Assembly: GCA_963826525.1 (NCBI GenBank)
Contig: CAWGXH010000004.1
Location: 1,632,001-1,696,000 of the forward strand
DNA length: 64,000 nt
Reading direction: 5' to 3'
Source of the DNA: an uncultured Methanomicrobiaceae archaeon
GTDB taxonomy: Archaea; Halobacteriota; Methanomicrobia; Methanomicrobiales; Methanoculleaceae
A program made the position numbers and the translations under genes. The notes beneath the pieces are model-generated. The model worked only from the letters and a program-made list of their open reading frames with translations, searched no databases and was not told the DNA's origin. This document shows, in pieces, positions 34,701 to 44,874 of the stretch; within the stretch, counting starts at the first letter, position 1; every line of letters starts with the position of its first letter.

Positions 34701-34964
34701 ATATCCTTGCGCATCGCTCTTTCACGATTTCTTGCTGAGGTCAACGAGCTGCATGACAGTACGTTCCTGATCTTTGACGAGATCTTCGCAAGCCAGGACG
34801 AAGGGCGACGCGGCAATCTGGTAAGGGCACTCAGGACTCAGGAGAGCTACTTCCCGCAGATCTTCCTCATCTCGCATATCGCCGAGGTGCAGGATGAGTT
34901 CGCGTCGACGCTGATGGTTGAGATGGGCACCGACAGAACAAGCCGTATCCGGGAGATCGGCTGA
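31777..34964 (+). CDS. rad50: Rad50/SbcC ATPase, frameshifted
   Basis: Walker A GSNGAGKS, coiled coil with CPTC zinc hook, signature FSGGEQ, Walker B IFDE, ISH. Confidence 0.93.
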
Positions 34965-36001
34965 TGGACCCGCACGAGGAGTACCGGGAGTCGGTAGCGA
35001 AGCTTGCCGGGCGGATCAGGGAGTATGTGCCCCCGGATATCATTGACCGGTTCGCGAGAGTCAGCCGGTTCGATCCTTCGTCGTTCCTGGCCTGTCCTTC
35101 CGGATTTGAGGGAACCGTATGCGCGGTTGATGGGAGCAACGCCCTTCTCCTCGACGCCGGGAGTTTTTCGGCAGCGGTGGTTCGAGCCTCGGCAAGCTCG
35201 TACCGTGGCGGGGTGCGGCATGGGAGAGCGACAACACCCATGCATATCGTCGCTGTGCATCCGGGAGGGTGCAACGAAGAGTTCAAAGTGCTCTTCTCGG
35301 ACTGTTTCTCGTCTCCGCCGAAAGCGCTGCTCGATCACGACGACCCGCTCCAGAACTCCGCCGTGATGCGCGACACCCTTGAGTACTGGGTAGCGCTGGA
35401 GATGGCCGGGACACTTGATGCCGGAGACCTCATTCTAATCGACGGCACGTTGCGGGTCAGCCATGCCAGCCACGATGAGATCCTCGTCAGACTGATGAAC
35501 CTCTGCAACCTCCGCGGAGTTCTCCTGGCCGCGGTTACGAAACGGACCTCGCTCACCTGGGGTGGCGGGCATCCGATCGTTCCGGCGGCCGAGGGGCTGG
35601 CCAAAACGTTCGGGGTTCCCGAACCTTGGTTCGTCCGCCTATCGGGGCTCGAGGACATCCTCGACCGTCAGCAGTCGCATCCCTGGAAGCAGCGCGGCGA
35701 CCAGTACATCGCACGACTGCATCCCCGTTCCCCGAGAGCGTTCAAGGTTGAACTCCCCCGGTATGACGGTTGCGAAACGGTGGCGAAGGTTTTCTCAGGC
35801 CTCGCTGCATATGCCGATGATGGAAGGATCACCGGATATCCCTATCCGCTCATGGATGCACATCTGACGACGAAGATAGGGAAGGATGCTGTCGATCAGA
35901 TACGCCAGGACCTCATGCGGGGGATGGTCGAACAGGGCATGAGCCACCGCGAGTACGTACGCCTCTTTGGAGATTACCATGACGAGTTTGATCGATATTA
36001 A
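34964..36001 (+). CDS. nurA: NurA 5'-3' nuclease
   Basis: AVDGS, LIDGTL, AVTK, GYPYPLMDAH; position between rad50 and herA. Confidence 0.92.
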   Translation: MDPHEEYRESVAKLAGRIREYVPPDIIDRFARVSRFDPSSFLACPSGFEGTVCAVDGSNALLLDAGSFSAAVVRASASSYRGGVRHGRATTPMHIVAVHPGGCNEEFKVLFSDCFSSPPKALLDHDDPLQNSAVMRDTLEYWVALEMAGTLDAGDLILIDGTLRVSHASHDEILVRLMNLCNLRGVLLAAVTKRTSLTWGGGHPIVPAAEGLAKTFGVPEPWFVRLSGLEDILDRQQSHPWKQRGDQYIARLHPRSPRAFKVELPRYDGCETVAKVFSGLAAYADDGRITGYPYPLMDAHLTTKIGKDAVDQIRQDLMRGMVEQGMSHREYVRLFGDYHDEFDRY

Positions 36002-37592
36002 TCTGAACGATACCTCGAAGTACCGCCTGATCGGGGATCGGGTGCTCAGCTACCGTTTCGCAGTCCCCCACGATGAGGAGTTCTACATCGGGGATATCCT
36101 GAAGATCACGGACACGGTCAAGGGACTGGTCTTCTTTGCGAAGGTGAGCGATCTTATCCACGACAGCAACTTCTCCGACCCGAGGTGGGATACCCGTCCC
36201 CACACCGAACACTTCTACGGCCTTGGTGAGGACGTCTACATTCTCGTCGAGGCGCTGCCGCTCGGTTATGTGGGAGACGACGAGCGCTTTCGAAAGCCGC
36301 GGACGATCCCGGCGAAGTTCGCACGGGTCGAGCGCCCCAGCGCAGAGGATTTTCTCTTCCTGCGGCAGGTGATGGGAGAGATCGAGGTCGGCGTGATGAA
36401 GAGCGGCCAGGGTGTCCTGCAGGATGTGAAGGTCTCTCTCCACGCGGCCGTCATGCGCCAGCACATGGGCGTTTTTGCAACGACCGGTATGGGGAAGAGC
36501 AACTTTATGAAAGTCTTCTGTGCGTCCTGTATGGCTGCCAGACAGTTCGGCCTGCTCATCGTCGATCCCCACGGCGAGTACGTTGCGGGTGGGCGGTCGT
36601 CGAGTGGATTTGCGACGAAGGGTCTTGTCCACTATCAGGCCGGGCGGGAGGGGCTCTCGGTCTTCACCATCGACGAATCGAGGCGGAAGAAGTACGGCCT
36701 CAACCGCCTCTGGCTCGAGTATGACGATTTCAGGTCGCCGGATCTCCTGCTCCTGTACGAACACTCTGATGCCCAGCGCGACGTCATCGAGAAACTGGAG
36801 AAGTATTCGGGCTCCGATGTTATCGGCTTTTTTGAGGAGAACGAGGATCTCTCCGACTTCGATGCCAGCGCCTATACGGGGGAGTATCGGGATATTGCGT
36901 GGGATCTGCGAAACTTTTCTACGAAGACGCTCCCGGTGGTGCAGCGGCATATCGAGAGTATGGTCGCCCGGAACCGGTCGTTTCTCCGTTCGAAGGGTTC
37001 ATCGATACTGGAGATCATCAGGGCGCTCCATGAAAACAAGGTTGTGCTGATCGATATCCCCCGGATGAGTGAGCAGAGCGAACTCTTCGTCCTCTCGATT
37101 CTTACCCGTGAGATTATGCGCCGCCATCAGGGGGATGACGCGACGTGCGGGAGCGGAGGAGGTTCCGACGAGCAGAAGCAGGTGCTGATAGCAATCGAGG
37201 AGGCACAGCGGGTGCTTGGCTCCGGCGGGCAGAGTACCCGGATCTTCCGCGAATGCGCCATGGAAGGGAGAAAGTTCGGCGTCGGCATCTGCGTCGTGAC
37301 CCAGCAGCCGAAGAATATCGATGCCCGTGTGCTCGCCCAGCTGAATACCTTCGTCGTTATGGGGCTCTCGGACCGCGGCGACCGCGATACCATTGCCAGC
37401 AGCGCAAAACAGGATCTTTCACGCCTCGATACGGAGATTCAGACGCTCGAACCCGGCGAAGCGGTCATCAGCACCCTGCGTATTCCGTTCCCGGTGAGTA
37501 CGCGCATCCACCTCTTCGAGGAGTACATCGATGAACTCGGGAAAAAGCCGGTCAGAAAATCGATAGATGACGGGCTCGACACCAGATTCTGA
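35979..37592 (+). CDS. herA: HerA helicase/ATPase
   Basis: HMGVFATTGMGKS, DPHGEY, IEEAQR, EGRKFGVG, TQQP. Confidence 0.93.
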   Translation: MTSLIDINLNDTSKYRLIGDRVLSYRFAVPHDEEFYIGDILKITDTVKGLVFFAKVSDLIHDSNFSDPRWDTRPHTEHFYGLGEDVYILVEALPLGYVGDDERFRKPRTIPAKFARVERPSAEDFLFLRQVMGEIEVGVMKSGQGVLQDVKVSLHAAVMRQHMGVFATTGMGKSNFMKVFCASCMAARQFGLLIVDPHGEYVAGGRSSSGFATKGLVHYQAGREGLSVFTIDESRRKKYGLNRLWLEYDDFRSPDLLLLYEHSDAQRDVIEKLEKYSGSDVIGFFEENEDLSDFDASAYTGEYRDIAWDLRNFSTKTLPVVQRHIESMVARNRSFLRSKGSSILEIIRALHENKVVLIDIPRMSEQSELFVLSILTREIMRRHQGDDATCGSGGGSDEQKQVLIAIEEAQRVLGSGGQSTRIFRECAMEGRKFGVGICVVTQQPKNIDARVLAQLNTFVVMGLSDRGDRDTIASSAKQDLSRLDTEIQTLEPGEAVISTLRIPFPVSTRIHLFEEYIDELGKKPVRKSIDDGLDTRF

Positions 37593-37672
37593 GGTTGTCG
37601 GCAGTGTAGAAGAGGGGATAGTCTGTCGGGATCGGGCTGATCCGCGCAGGGTTATTCCCCGGGTATCACGAG

Positions 37673-37692
37673 ATCCTGACGTTGGTCAGGAT
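37673..37692. terminator. Perfect 8-bp hairpin between convergent herA and OB-fold gene
   Basis: ATCCTGAC-gttg-GTCAGGAT; terminator role is inference. Confidence 0.3.
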
Positions 37693-38216
37693 TATTTCTT
37701 CTTCTTTTCGGGTGGTGTCGCTTCGGCGGTCTTCCGTATCGAGACGCAGTTGACGACTGCGTCGCCGCTCAGGAGATATCGCTTCACGACCGTTCCGAGC
37801 ACCTCGACCTTATCGTTCACCTGTATGTCTTCCTGCGGATTGGTGAACATCTTCACCGCTATCTCGCCGGTGCGATCGGCAACGAGGTACTGCGGCCGGT
37901 TGAGGAACTGGAAATGCACCCGCTCTACGATGCCGACGATCCGGATCGGTTCGCCGAGCATGTTCAGGTTTATCTCCCGAATCCGGACATCCTTTGCTTC
38001 CTGCTCGTACATCGGAACCAGCGATGCGTACTGCTGCTGGCTCATGTAGTTGAGTGCTGCGGGAATGACGAGAAGCAATGCGAGAATCGGGACTCCCCAG
38101 AGCAGGAGCGATGTCTCTCCTGTGGATATGACCGTACCGAGTAAAATAATGGTGAAGATACCAAAAACGGCCAGTGATATGACCGATATCTTCACATTGA
38201 CTTTTCCGATTTTCAT
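37692..38216 (-). CDS. Membrane-anchored OB-fold protein
   Basis: Two N-terminal hydrophobic helices then IRIVGIVERV...YLVADRTGEIAVKMF...NDKVEVLGTV, an OB-fold strand pattern; ATG 11 nt after the fdhC stop. Confidence 0.75.
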   Translation of the reverse strand: MKIGKVNVKISVISLAVFGIFTIILLGTVISTGETSLLLWGVPILALLLVIPAALNYMSQQQYASLVPMYEQEAKDVRIREINLNMLGEPIRIVGIVERVHFQFLNRPQYLVADRTGEIAVKMFTNPQEDIQVNDKVEVLGTVVKRYLLSGDAVVNCVSIRKTAEATPPEKKKK

Positions 38217-38227
38217 CTGGAATCTCT

Positions 38228-39097
38228 TTACTTCAGTGCTGCAATCTCTTTCCGGAAGGCGACCCAGTAGAGGGCAGCGACGAAGACGAGACCGCCGACG
38301 ATGTTGCCGATGGTTGCCATGATGACGTTGTTCGTCCACATGGTCACCCAGGACAGGCTTGCGAGCTTGGCACCGATGGTTGTGGCTTGTTCTACGCTTA
38401 AGAACCCGCTGACCATGATACCGGTGGGGATGAAGTACATGTTTGCGACGCAGTGCTCAAATCCGGTGGCGACGAAGGCCATGATGGGGAACCAGATTCC
38501 GAAGAACTTGCCGATAAGGTCGTCGGCACAGATACCCAGCAGCACTGCCAGGTTGACGAGCCAGTTACAGGCGATAGCCTTCAGGAAGAGCGACCACTGT
38601 GCCATTAAGCCTACGTAGCCGACTTTGCCGACGGCGATGTTCACGGCGGCGAGGCCGAAAGCGTTGACGGTTGCTGCGCCTGCTGCATCGAAGCCTACGA
38701 GCGGGCCGTAGGCCATGATGTATGCGAATATAAGGGAACCGATAAGGTTTCCGATGTATACCCAGACCCACAGGTTAAGCACGTTAGCCCAGCTGATCTT
38801 GTGAATAAATGCAGCCATCGGGGCGAGCATCGCGTCGCCGGTAAAGAGCTCTGCACCGGTCAGGACGATGATAATAAGCCCAACAGGGAAAACCGCACCG
38901 AGAATCAGTTTTGCGAAACCTGCACCAAGGAATGCCGCCACACCGGTACTACAGACCGTTGCAAGAGCACCGCCCATGGCGATGTATGATCCTGCCATGA
39001 GTCCACGGAGGAGCATATTCCATGCCGGCAGACCGGTTTTGTACTTACCGGCATCTGCGGCTTTTGCCACAATAGCAACTGGAGGATGGAACACCAT
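38228..39097 (-). CDS. fdhC: Formate/nitrite transporter FdhC
   Basis: FPVGL, GAELFTGD, GNLIG, ACNWLVNLA, GFEHCVANM, GNIVGG. Confidence 0.95.
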   Translation of the reverse strand: MVFHPPVAIVAKAADAGKYKTGLPAWNMLLRGLMAGSYIAMGGALATVCSTGVAAFLGAGFAKLILGAVFPVGLIIIVLTGAELFTGDAMLAPMAAFIHKISWANVLNLWVWVYIGNLIGSLIFAYIMAYGPLVGFDAAGAATVNAFGLAAVNIAVGKVGYVGLMAQWSLFLKAIACNWLVNLAVLLGICADDLIGKFFGIWFPIMAFVATGFEHCVANMYFIPTGIMVSGFLSVEQATTIGAKLASLSWVTMWTNNVIMATIGNIVGGLVFVAALYWVAFRKEIAALK

Positions 39098-39180
39098 TTT
39101 CTTTACACCTCTCTAAACGTCCTACCTATACCAGCGAGTAATTTAATCTGTATAGGTTCAAATTAGAGTAATTGGAGAAT

Positions 39181-39196
39181 GCTATTAATACCTTTC
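39181..39196 (-). promoter_or_regulatory. Putative BRE/TATA promoter of fdhC
   Basis: Minus strand GAAAGGTATTAATAGC about 85 nt upstream of ATG; RBS-like GAGGTG just before ATG. Confidence 0.5.
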
Positions 39197-39472
39197 GAAT
39201 CGTGCATATCAGAAACGTAATTTTTAGCCGTTTGCCGCTCTCCGGTATGTACGTGGTAAATCCATTTTGATGAATAATGCCGAAATGTTAATCATATTGT
39301 TGGATATGTATTCTTCTACACGCAGATTCCTCTGTTTTCTGAGGGTGTTTGATGCTCATGAATCGATAGGCGCGCCCGTACTTTCTCTGCGGTGAAACGC
39401 TGGTATTCTGCACCTGCAGTATGGTCATAATCGCTGATCATAAGTGGACGATGGGTCAACCTGTATTCACAC

Positions 39473-41344
39473 ATGCTGATTGAGGCCGTAAGCACTCCAT
39501 ATAAGAAGCTCATCCTCATTGCCGTTCTCATTGGGATAGTATCCGGTATCGGAGCCCTCTTCTTCTTTGAGGGGCTAAAGATCGGAACAGCCTTTTTTAT
39601 GGGGGATGTGGTTGGGTTCCAGCTGCCAGGAGAAGGGCAGACCGTGCTGGATATCGGGCAGTGGGCGCCTCCTGACCATCTCTGGATGATCCTGCCCGTC
39701 ATCTGCTTCGGTGGTCTCGTCTCCGGTCTGCTCGTCTATACCCTGGCACCGGAGGCCGAAGGGCACGGAACCGATGCGGCTATCAAGGCATTCCACGGGA
39801 ATGGGCGGATACGTAAGCGCGTGCCCCTTCTCAAGGCGATTACAGCAATCCTGACCATCTCCACGGGCGGAAGTGCCGGGCGTGAAGGCCCCACCGCCCA
39901 GATCTCCGCGGGTTTCGGCTCAATCGCTGCCGACCTCCTGGGGCTCTCACCGCAGGAGCGGAGAATAGCCATCGCAACCGGTGTCGGTGCCGGGATCGGC
40001 ACAATCTTCATGGCCCCTCTCGGTGGAGCAATCCTCGCCGCTGAAGTCCTCTATAAACAGGACTTTGAGACCGAGGCCATTGTTCCCGCATTTCTTGCTT
40101 CCGTCATCGGCTATGCCATCTTCGGCCTTGTGGAGGGGTTCGAGCCGGTATTCGGTGCAGCGACGATCACCTGGAGCGTCTACCAGATCCCGCTCTTCCT
40201 CCTTCTCGGCGTGGTCTCGACCGCAGTCGGCATCCTGTACATCGCTCTCTTCTACGGCACACAGCGGGTATTCAAGGACACTTTCTCCCGGTACAACCTG
40301 CCAAACCACGTGAAGCCTCTGGTCGGGGCATTTTTGACCGGCATGCTCGTTATCGGTCTTGCATCCCTCTCGCCGGATGCGGCGATCATCGGGTTTGCCA
40401 GCCTTGGAACCGGATATGGCTTTGCACAGCTCGCGCTCTACAACATGCTCCCGCTCAGTGTGCTCCTTTTCCTCCCGTTCACGAAGATCCTGACGACGTC
40501 GTTCACCATCGGCTCCGGGGGGAGCGGTGGCGTCTTCGCTCCGGGTCTTATGATCGGGGGAGCGACCGGCGGTGCTCTCGGCTCCCTGCTCCATCTTCTC
40601 CTCCCAGGCCTTGTCCCACTCGAATCGGTACCGGCGTTCGTCATCGTCGGGATGATCGCCCTCTTCGGTGCGATCTCCCACGCTCCCATCGCGGTTATGA
40701 TAATGGTCGTAGAGATGACCGGCGACTTCTCGCTGCTCGTACCCGCGATGGGGGCGGTATCGATCGCATATGTCCTGATTGGGGAGTCCACGATCTTCCG
40801 CGAGCAGGTCTTAAACCGGGCGCAGTCAGCGGCGCATCGGGATGAGTATACGATAGAGGTTCTCGATGATATCCGGGTCGGAGAGGTTATGGTGGCGCGC
40901 GACCGGATCATTGCGGTCTCATCCGGCGATCCGGCGGGACGGGTGCTCGGGCTGATCGATGAGACCCTGCATACCGGCTTTCCCGTGCTGAATCCGGAAG
41001 GATCGCTGATCGGCATCGTGGCCATCCGGGACGTCAGAGGAGTCAGTGATCCTCTCGCTGTTCGTGTGGAGGATGTCATGACGTCACCGGTCGTCACCGT
41101 ACATCCGGCAGATACCCTTGAAGAGGCACTCAGCACGATGATCCGGTACGAGATCCATCATCTGCCCGTCGTTCCTCCCGATGACGGACGGGCACTCGTC
41201 GGCTTCCTTACGAGAACCGATATCATGAAGGCTTACATCAGACGATCTGCGCAGATGGCCGTGCAGGGGCACCCGCCGGAGCAGCGCGAGGCAGCGGAGT
41301 CGCCTGCGAGGCAGGGGGGCGAGCGCAGCCGGACAGGTCTCTAA
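39473..41344 (+). CDS. ClC chloride channel/antiporter with C-terminal CBS pair
   Basis: GHGTD, GGSAGREGP, GGSGGVFAP, then CBS motifs GFPV and HHLPVV. Confidence 0.93.
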   Translation: MLIEAVSTPYKKLILIAVLIGIVSGIGALFFFEGLKIGTAFFMGDVVGFQLPGEGQTVLDIGQWAPPDHLWMILPVICFGGLVSGLLVYTLAPEAEGHGTDAAIKAFHGNGRIRKRVPLLKAITAILTISTGGSAGREGPTAQISAGFGSIAADLLGLSPQERRIAIATGVGAGIGTIFMAPLGGAILAAEVLYKQDFETEAIVPAFLASVIGYAIFGLVEGFEPVFGAATITWSVYQIPLFLLLGVVSTAVGILYIALFYGTQRVFKDTFSRYNLPNHVKPLVGAFLTGMLVIGLASLSPDAAIIGFASLGTGYGFAQLALYNMLPLSVLLFLPFTKILTTSFTIGSGGSGGVFAPGLMIGGATGGALGSLLHLLLPGLVPLESVPAFVIVGMIALFGAISHAPIAVMIMVVEMTGDFSLLVPAMGAVSIAYVLIGESTIFREQVLNRAQSAAHRDEYTIEVLDDIRVGEVMVARDRIIAVSSGDPAGRVLGLIDETLHTGFPVLNPEGSLIGIVAIRDVRGVSDPLAVRVEDVMTSPVVTVHPADTLEEALSTMIRYEIHHLPVVPPDDGRALVGFLTRTDIMKAYIRRSAQMAVQGHPPEQREAAESPARQGGERSRTGL

Positions 41345-41348
41345 AAAG

Positions 41349-42622
41349 TTAGGATTTGGTGAAGATATCGAAGATCTGGTCGCTGCCGGTTGCGTCAAGG
41401 CGCTTTCTCTCCGCCTTTTCATCGACGAGCGCGAGGACGGGTGGGGTCATATCCTCTCCGGGGTGGAACCCGAAGAGTTCTTCGAGGTCGACCTGCAGCG
41501 CGTGCATGAAGACCGAGTTTGAGATCTCTACCGGACAGAGTTCCTCGCACTGGCCGCAGTTGACGCACGAATCGGAGATGTGCGCGAACCGGATCAGGTG
41601 GAACATGAACGGTGGTGGAATCTTGCCTGGCTCGACGAGGTAGTCTTTCTTCGTGCTGCAGTCCTGACAGTAGCAGACCGGACAGTTCTCGATACATGAG
41701 TAACACTTGATGCAGCGGCTCGTCTCCTCCATAATCGTCTGGAGGCGCTCCCTCCCTTCGCCGAGTGCACCGAAGTAGCGCTCACGCCACCTGTCGCCGA
41801 GTTTGAGCATCGCGTTCTCGACCTTGCCGCGGATCTCGATACCTTTGGGATTCGGCGCTTCGGTCGCAAGAGCACCGGCGTTCACTGCTCCGTTCACGAG
41901 GTTCGCACCTTTTTCAGAACCGATCTCAACGAAAGTAGCGTTTCCTGCCTTATCGCCGATGACACCCCAGTTTCCGCAGGCGAGGTCGGCCTGCCGGGGG
42001 ATCTTGATCTTGCAGCGGCGACAGTTGCTCCGGCGGCCGAGCCCCTCGTCACCGAGCAGGTTCCCGGCTCCCTCTTCGAGTTCGTCGATAGAGATACTTT
42101 TGTGCTCTCCGTCTTTTGTGATGACGATGAACTTTCCTTTGTCGATCTCCTCTTTCACGACATCGTCCGGATCGAGTCCGAGTCTCTCTCTGACGATGAT
42201 CCTGGCCGTCTCCGGCCTGATAGTCCCGCCGCAGTTGAGGCCGATCATAATGACGTTGTCGAGGTTTACCTGGTTGCGTTTGGCCATCTCGTACATCGCC
42301 TTCACGTCGCATCCTTTCAGCACTGCTGCCACTTTTATATCGGGTTCGACAGCAAGGAGACACCGCCTCATCTGCTTCGGAAGGAGGAGCGTTCCGCAGT
42401 GGAGGGACCCTGCCGCCCCTCCTATCTCTGCGGGATCGGTGATGAGCGTCGGTACCGCGTCATAGACGTCGGCGCCCTTCCGGACGGCGAAGACACCGTC
42501 GACGGTGCCGCTCTCAAGGGCGTACTTCAGGAGAGCGCTGAAACGGCGCCACCGGTCTCGGCCTTCTCCCGAAGAGCGTCGTCGGTTGTCCATGCATAGA
42601 GTAAATCGCCTTTTACCGCCAT
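41349..42622 (-). CDS. fdhB: F420-dependent formate dehydrogenase beta subunit, copy 1 (frameshift near 42540)
   Basis: Manual start MAVKGDLLYAW; GSLHCG, GLNCGG, NCRRC, CIKCYSCIENCPVCYCQDC, CVNCGQCEELCP. Confidence 0.93.
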
Positions 42623-42624
42623 TT

Positions 42625-44682
42625 TCAGGCCTCCGTAATCTTCTCGACCTTGACGGCACACGCCTTGAACTCGGGGATCTTGGCTATGGGATCGAGCGCG
42701 TTATTCGTCAGGACGTTCGCCGCACACTCCTTGTAGTGGAACGGCATGAACATGACGCCCTGCATGATCTCATCGGTTACTTTTGCAGGCACATCGACAC
42801 TGCCGCGCCGGGTGCTTGCCTTCACCAATTCGCCGTCCGCGATACCGAGTTCTTTTGCGTCCTCGGGGTTGATCTCGATCCAGCCGGTCGGGGCCTCTTT
42901 CTCAAGGTCCCACGACCTGCGGGTCATGGTTCCGGTATGCCACTGCCAGATGATACGGCCGGTGGTGAGGACGAACGGATACTCTGCATCCGGGACCTCT
43001 GCCGGTGGTTTCCACTCGATTGGGGTGAAGATACCGAGGCCGTCGGGGGTGGCGAACTTCGCGGTGTGGAGGATCGGCGTTCCCGGGTGGTCTTCTGTCG
43101 GGCAGGGCCAGTGGAGCCCATCCGGGTCGAGGCGTGCATAACTCATGCCGTGGTAGGACGGTGTGACGGCAGCAATCTCGTTGAAGACCTCTTCCGGGCT
43201 TGCAAAGTTGAACTGATCGCCCATGCCCATCCGTCCGGCAAGCTCGCAGAAGATCTTCCAGTCCTCTTTCGCTTCTCCGGGTGGCTCCTGGGCCTTTCTG
43301 AACCGCTGGACGCGCCGTTCGGTGTTGGTCTGGGTTCCGTCCTTCTCGGCGTAGCAGGATGCCGGAAGGACGACATCGGCGAGCTCCGCCGTCTCGCTCA
43401 TGAAGATGTCCTGGACGACGAGGAACTCGAGGTTCCCGAATGCCTCCTGTACATGGTGAAGGTCCGGGTCGGAGAGCATCGGGTTCTCACCCATGATGTA
43501 CATGGCTTTGAGTTTGCCGGGTTCGTCGGCAAGGACGTTCATCATCTCGGTGACGGTGTAGCCGACCTTTCCCTCGGCGATGCCGCAGCACCAGGCGTTC
43601 GCGAACTTTTTCTGGGCAGCCTCTTCGGTGACCTTCTGGTAGCCGGTGTAGACGTTCGGGAGGCAGCCCATGTCGCAGGCACCCTGGACGTTGTTCTGGC
43701 CGCGAAGTGCGTTCACGCCGCCGCCGCGCTTGCCCAGGTTGCCGGTGAGCATCTGGAGGTTCGCGGTGGATTTGACGTTGTCGACACCGACGGTATGCTG
43801 GGTGATACCCATCGAGTAGATCAGTGCTGCCACCTCGGCCTTCGCGATCCATTCGGCAGCAGTCCTGAGGCTCTCAACCGGAATGCCGGAGATCTTCGAG
43901 ACGTTCTCGAGGCTGTAGTTCTCCTTCATGACGACTTCTTTGAGTTTCTCGAAGTCCTTGGTGCGTTTTTCGATGAACTCCTTGTCTTCCCAGCCGTTTT
44001 TGATGATCTCCTGCATCAGGCCGTTCAGGACAGCAACATCCGTGCCGGAGGTGAATGGCATGTAGAGGTCGGCCTGTTTGGCCGTCGCCGTCTCACGCGG
44101 ATCTACATAGATTACCTTTCCGCCTTTCTCTTTCGCACGGATGATACTGCGTCCGATGAGGGGGTGCTGCTCGAAGGTGTTGCTGCCGATAATGAAGATG
44201 CACTTCGACTCGGCGATGTCCTTGATGGAGTTCGTCATCGCGCCGGAACCGAAGACGACTGCAAGGCCGGCGACGGTGGATGCGTGGCAGAGCCGGGCGC
44301 AGTGGTCGATGTGCGGGGTCTTCAGGACGCCGCGGGCGAACTTCTGCATCAGGTAGTTCTCCTCGTTGGAGACCCGTGCAGAAGAGAGACAGGCCATCTC
44401 TTCGGGTTTGTAGGACGTGAACTTCTGAGCGATCAGGTCGTAGGCCTCGTCCCAGGTCGCCTCGACGAACGTGCCGTCCTTCTTGATGAGCGGCGTTGTC
44501 AGCCGGTCGGGGCTGTTGATAAATTCATGGGCATAACGGCCCTTTGGACAGAGTTTGCCTCCGTTGACCGGGGCGCGCTGCCAGTGCGCGGTGTCGACAA
44601 CCTTGCCGTTGCGGACGACAAGGTTGAACCCGCACCCGGTGCCGCAGTACGGGCACGTCGTAGATACGTACTTAATATCCAT
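42625..44682 (-). CDS. fdhA: Formate dehydrogenase alpha subunit (Mo/W-bisPGD, Cys-type), copy 1
   Basis: [42 protein letters not shown]. Confidence 0.95.
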   Translation of the reverse strand: MDIKYVSTTCPYCGTGCGFNLVVRNGKVVDTAHWQRAPVNGGKLCPKGRYAHEFINSPDRLTTPLIKKDGTFVEATWDEAYDLIAQKFTSYKPEEMACLSSARVSNEENYLMQKFARGVLKTPHIDHCARLCHASTVAGLAVVFGSGAMTNSIKDIAESKCIFIIGSNTFEQHPLIGRSIIRAKEKGGKVIYVDPRETATAKQADLYMPFTSGTDVAVLNGLMQEIIKNGWEDKEFIEKRTKDFEKLKEVVMKENYSLENVSKISGIPVESLRTAAEWIAKAEVAALIYSMGITQHTVGVDNVKSTANLQMLTGNLGKRGGGVNALRGQNNVQGACDMGCLPNVYTGYQKVTEEAAQKKFANAWCCGIAEGKVGYTVTEMMNVLADEPGKLKAMYIMGENPMLSDPDLHHVQEAFGNLEFLVVQDIFMSETAELADVVLPASCYAEKDGTQTNTERRVQRFRKAQEPPGEAKEDWKIFCELAGRMGMGDQFNFASPEEVFNEIAAVTPSYHGMSYARLDPDGLHWPCPTEDHPGTPILHTAKFATPDGLGIFTPIEWKPPAEVPDAEYPFVLTTGRIIWQWHTGTMTRRSWDLEKEAPTGWIEINPEDAKELGIADGELVKASTRRGSVDVPAKVTDEIMQGVMFMPFHYKECAANVLTNNALDPIAKIPEFKACAVKVEKITEA

Positions 44683-44748
44683 GGTTGTTCCTCGACGCGA
44701 GGGACTACATGGCTTGTAGTATTTAATACTGGTGGTTTCTGCAAAAAA

Positions 44749-44766
44749 TTTGGTGAATAACGGTGG
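44749..44766 (-). promoter_or_regulatory. Candidate regulator site upstream of fdhA1 TATA
   Basis: TTTGGTGAATAACGGTGG, 17/18 identical to 48252-48269 at nearly the same distance from ATG; TATA-like TATTAAATA at 44720-44728. Confidence 0.5.
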
Positions 44767-44874
44767 AACTCGGCCGGACAAAAGCCGGGAGTGGATCCCG
44801 GCCAGATCTGGTGCCGGTGATACCATGTACCCCTGTCCCCGAAAGGGACGAGGACGGGGGAAAAATGGGTTGGT

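Noticed and set aside
30643-37592. Novel HerA/nuclease/SMC anti-phage system
   Set aside because: Matches the standard archaeal Mre11-Rad50-NurA-HerA repair operon in a core-genome context
39300-39472. Fluoride (crcB) riboswitch or fluoride-type ClC
   Set aside because: No GGxGAUG...UGAUGAC pattern upstream, and the protein lacks the GNNLI/GREGT/GEVTP fluoride signature
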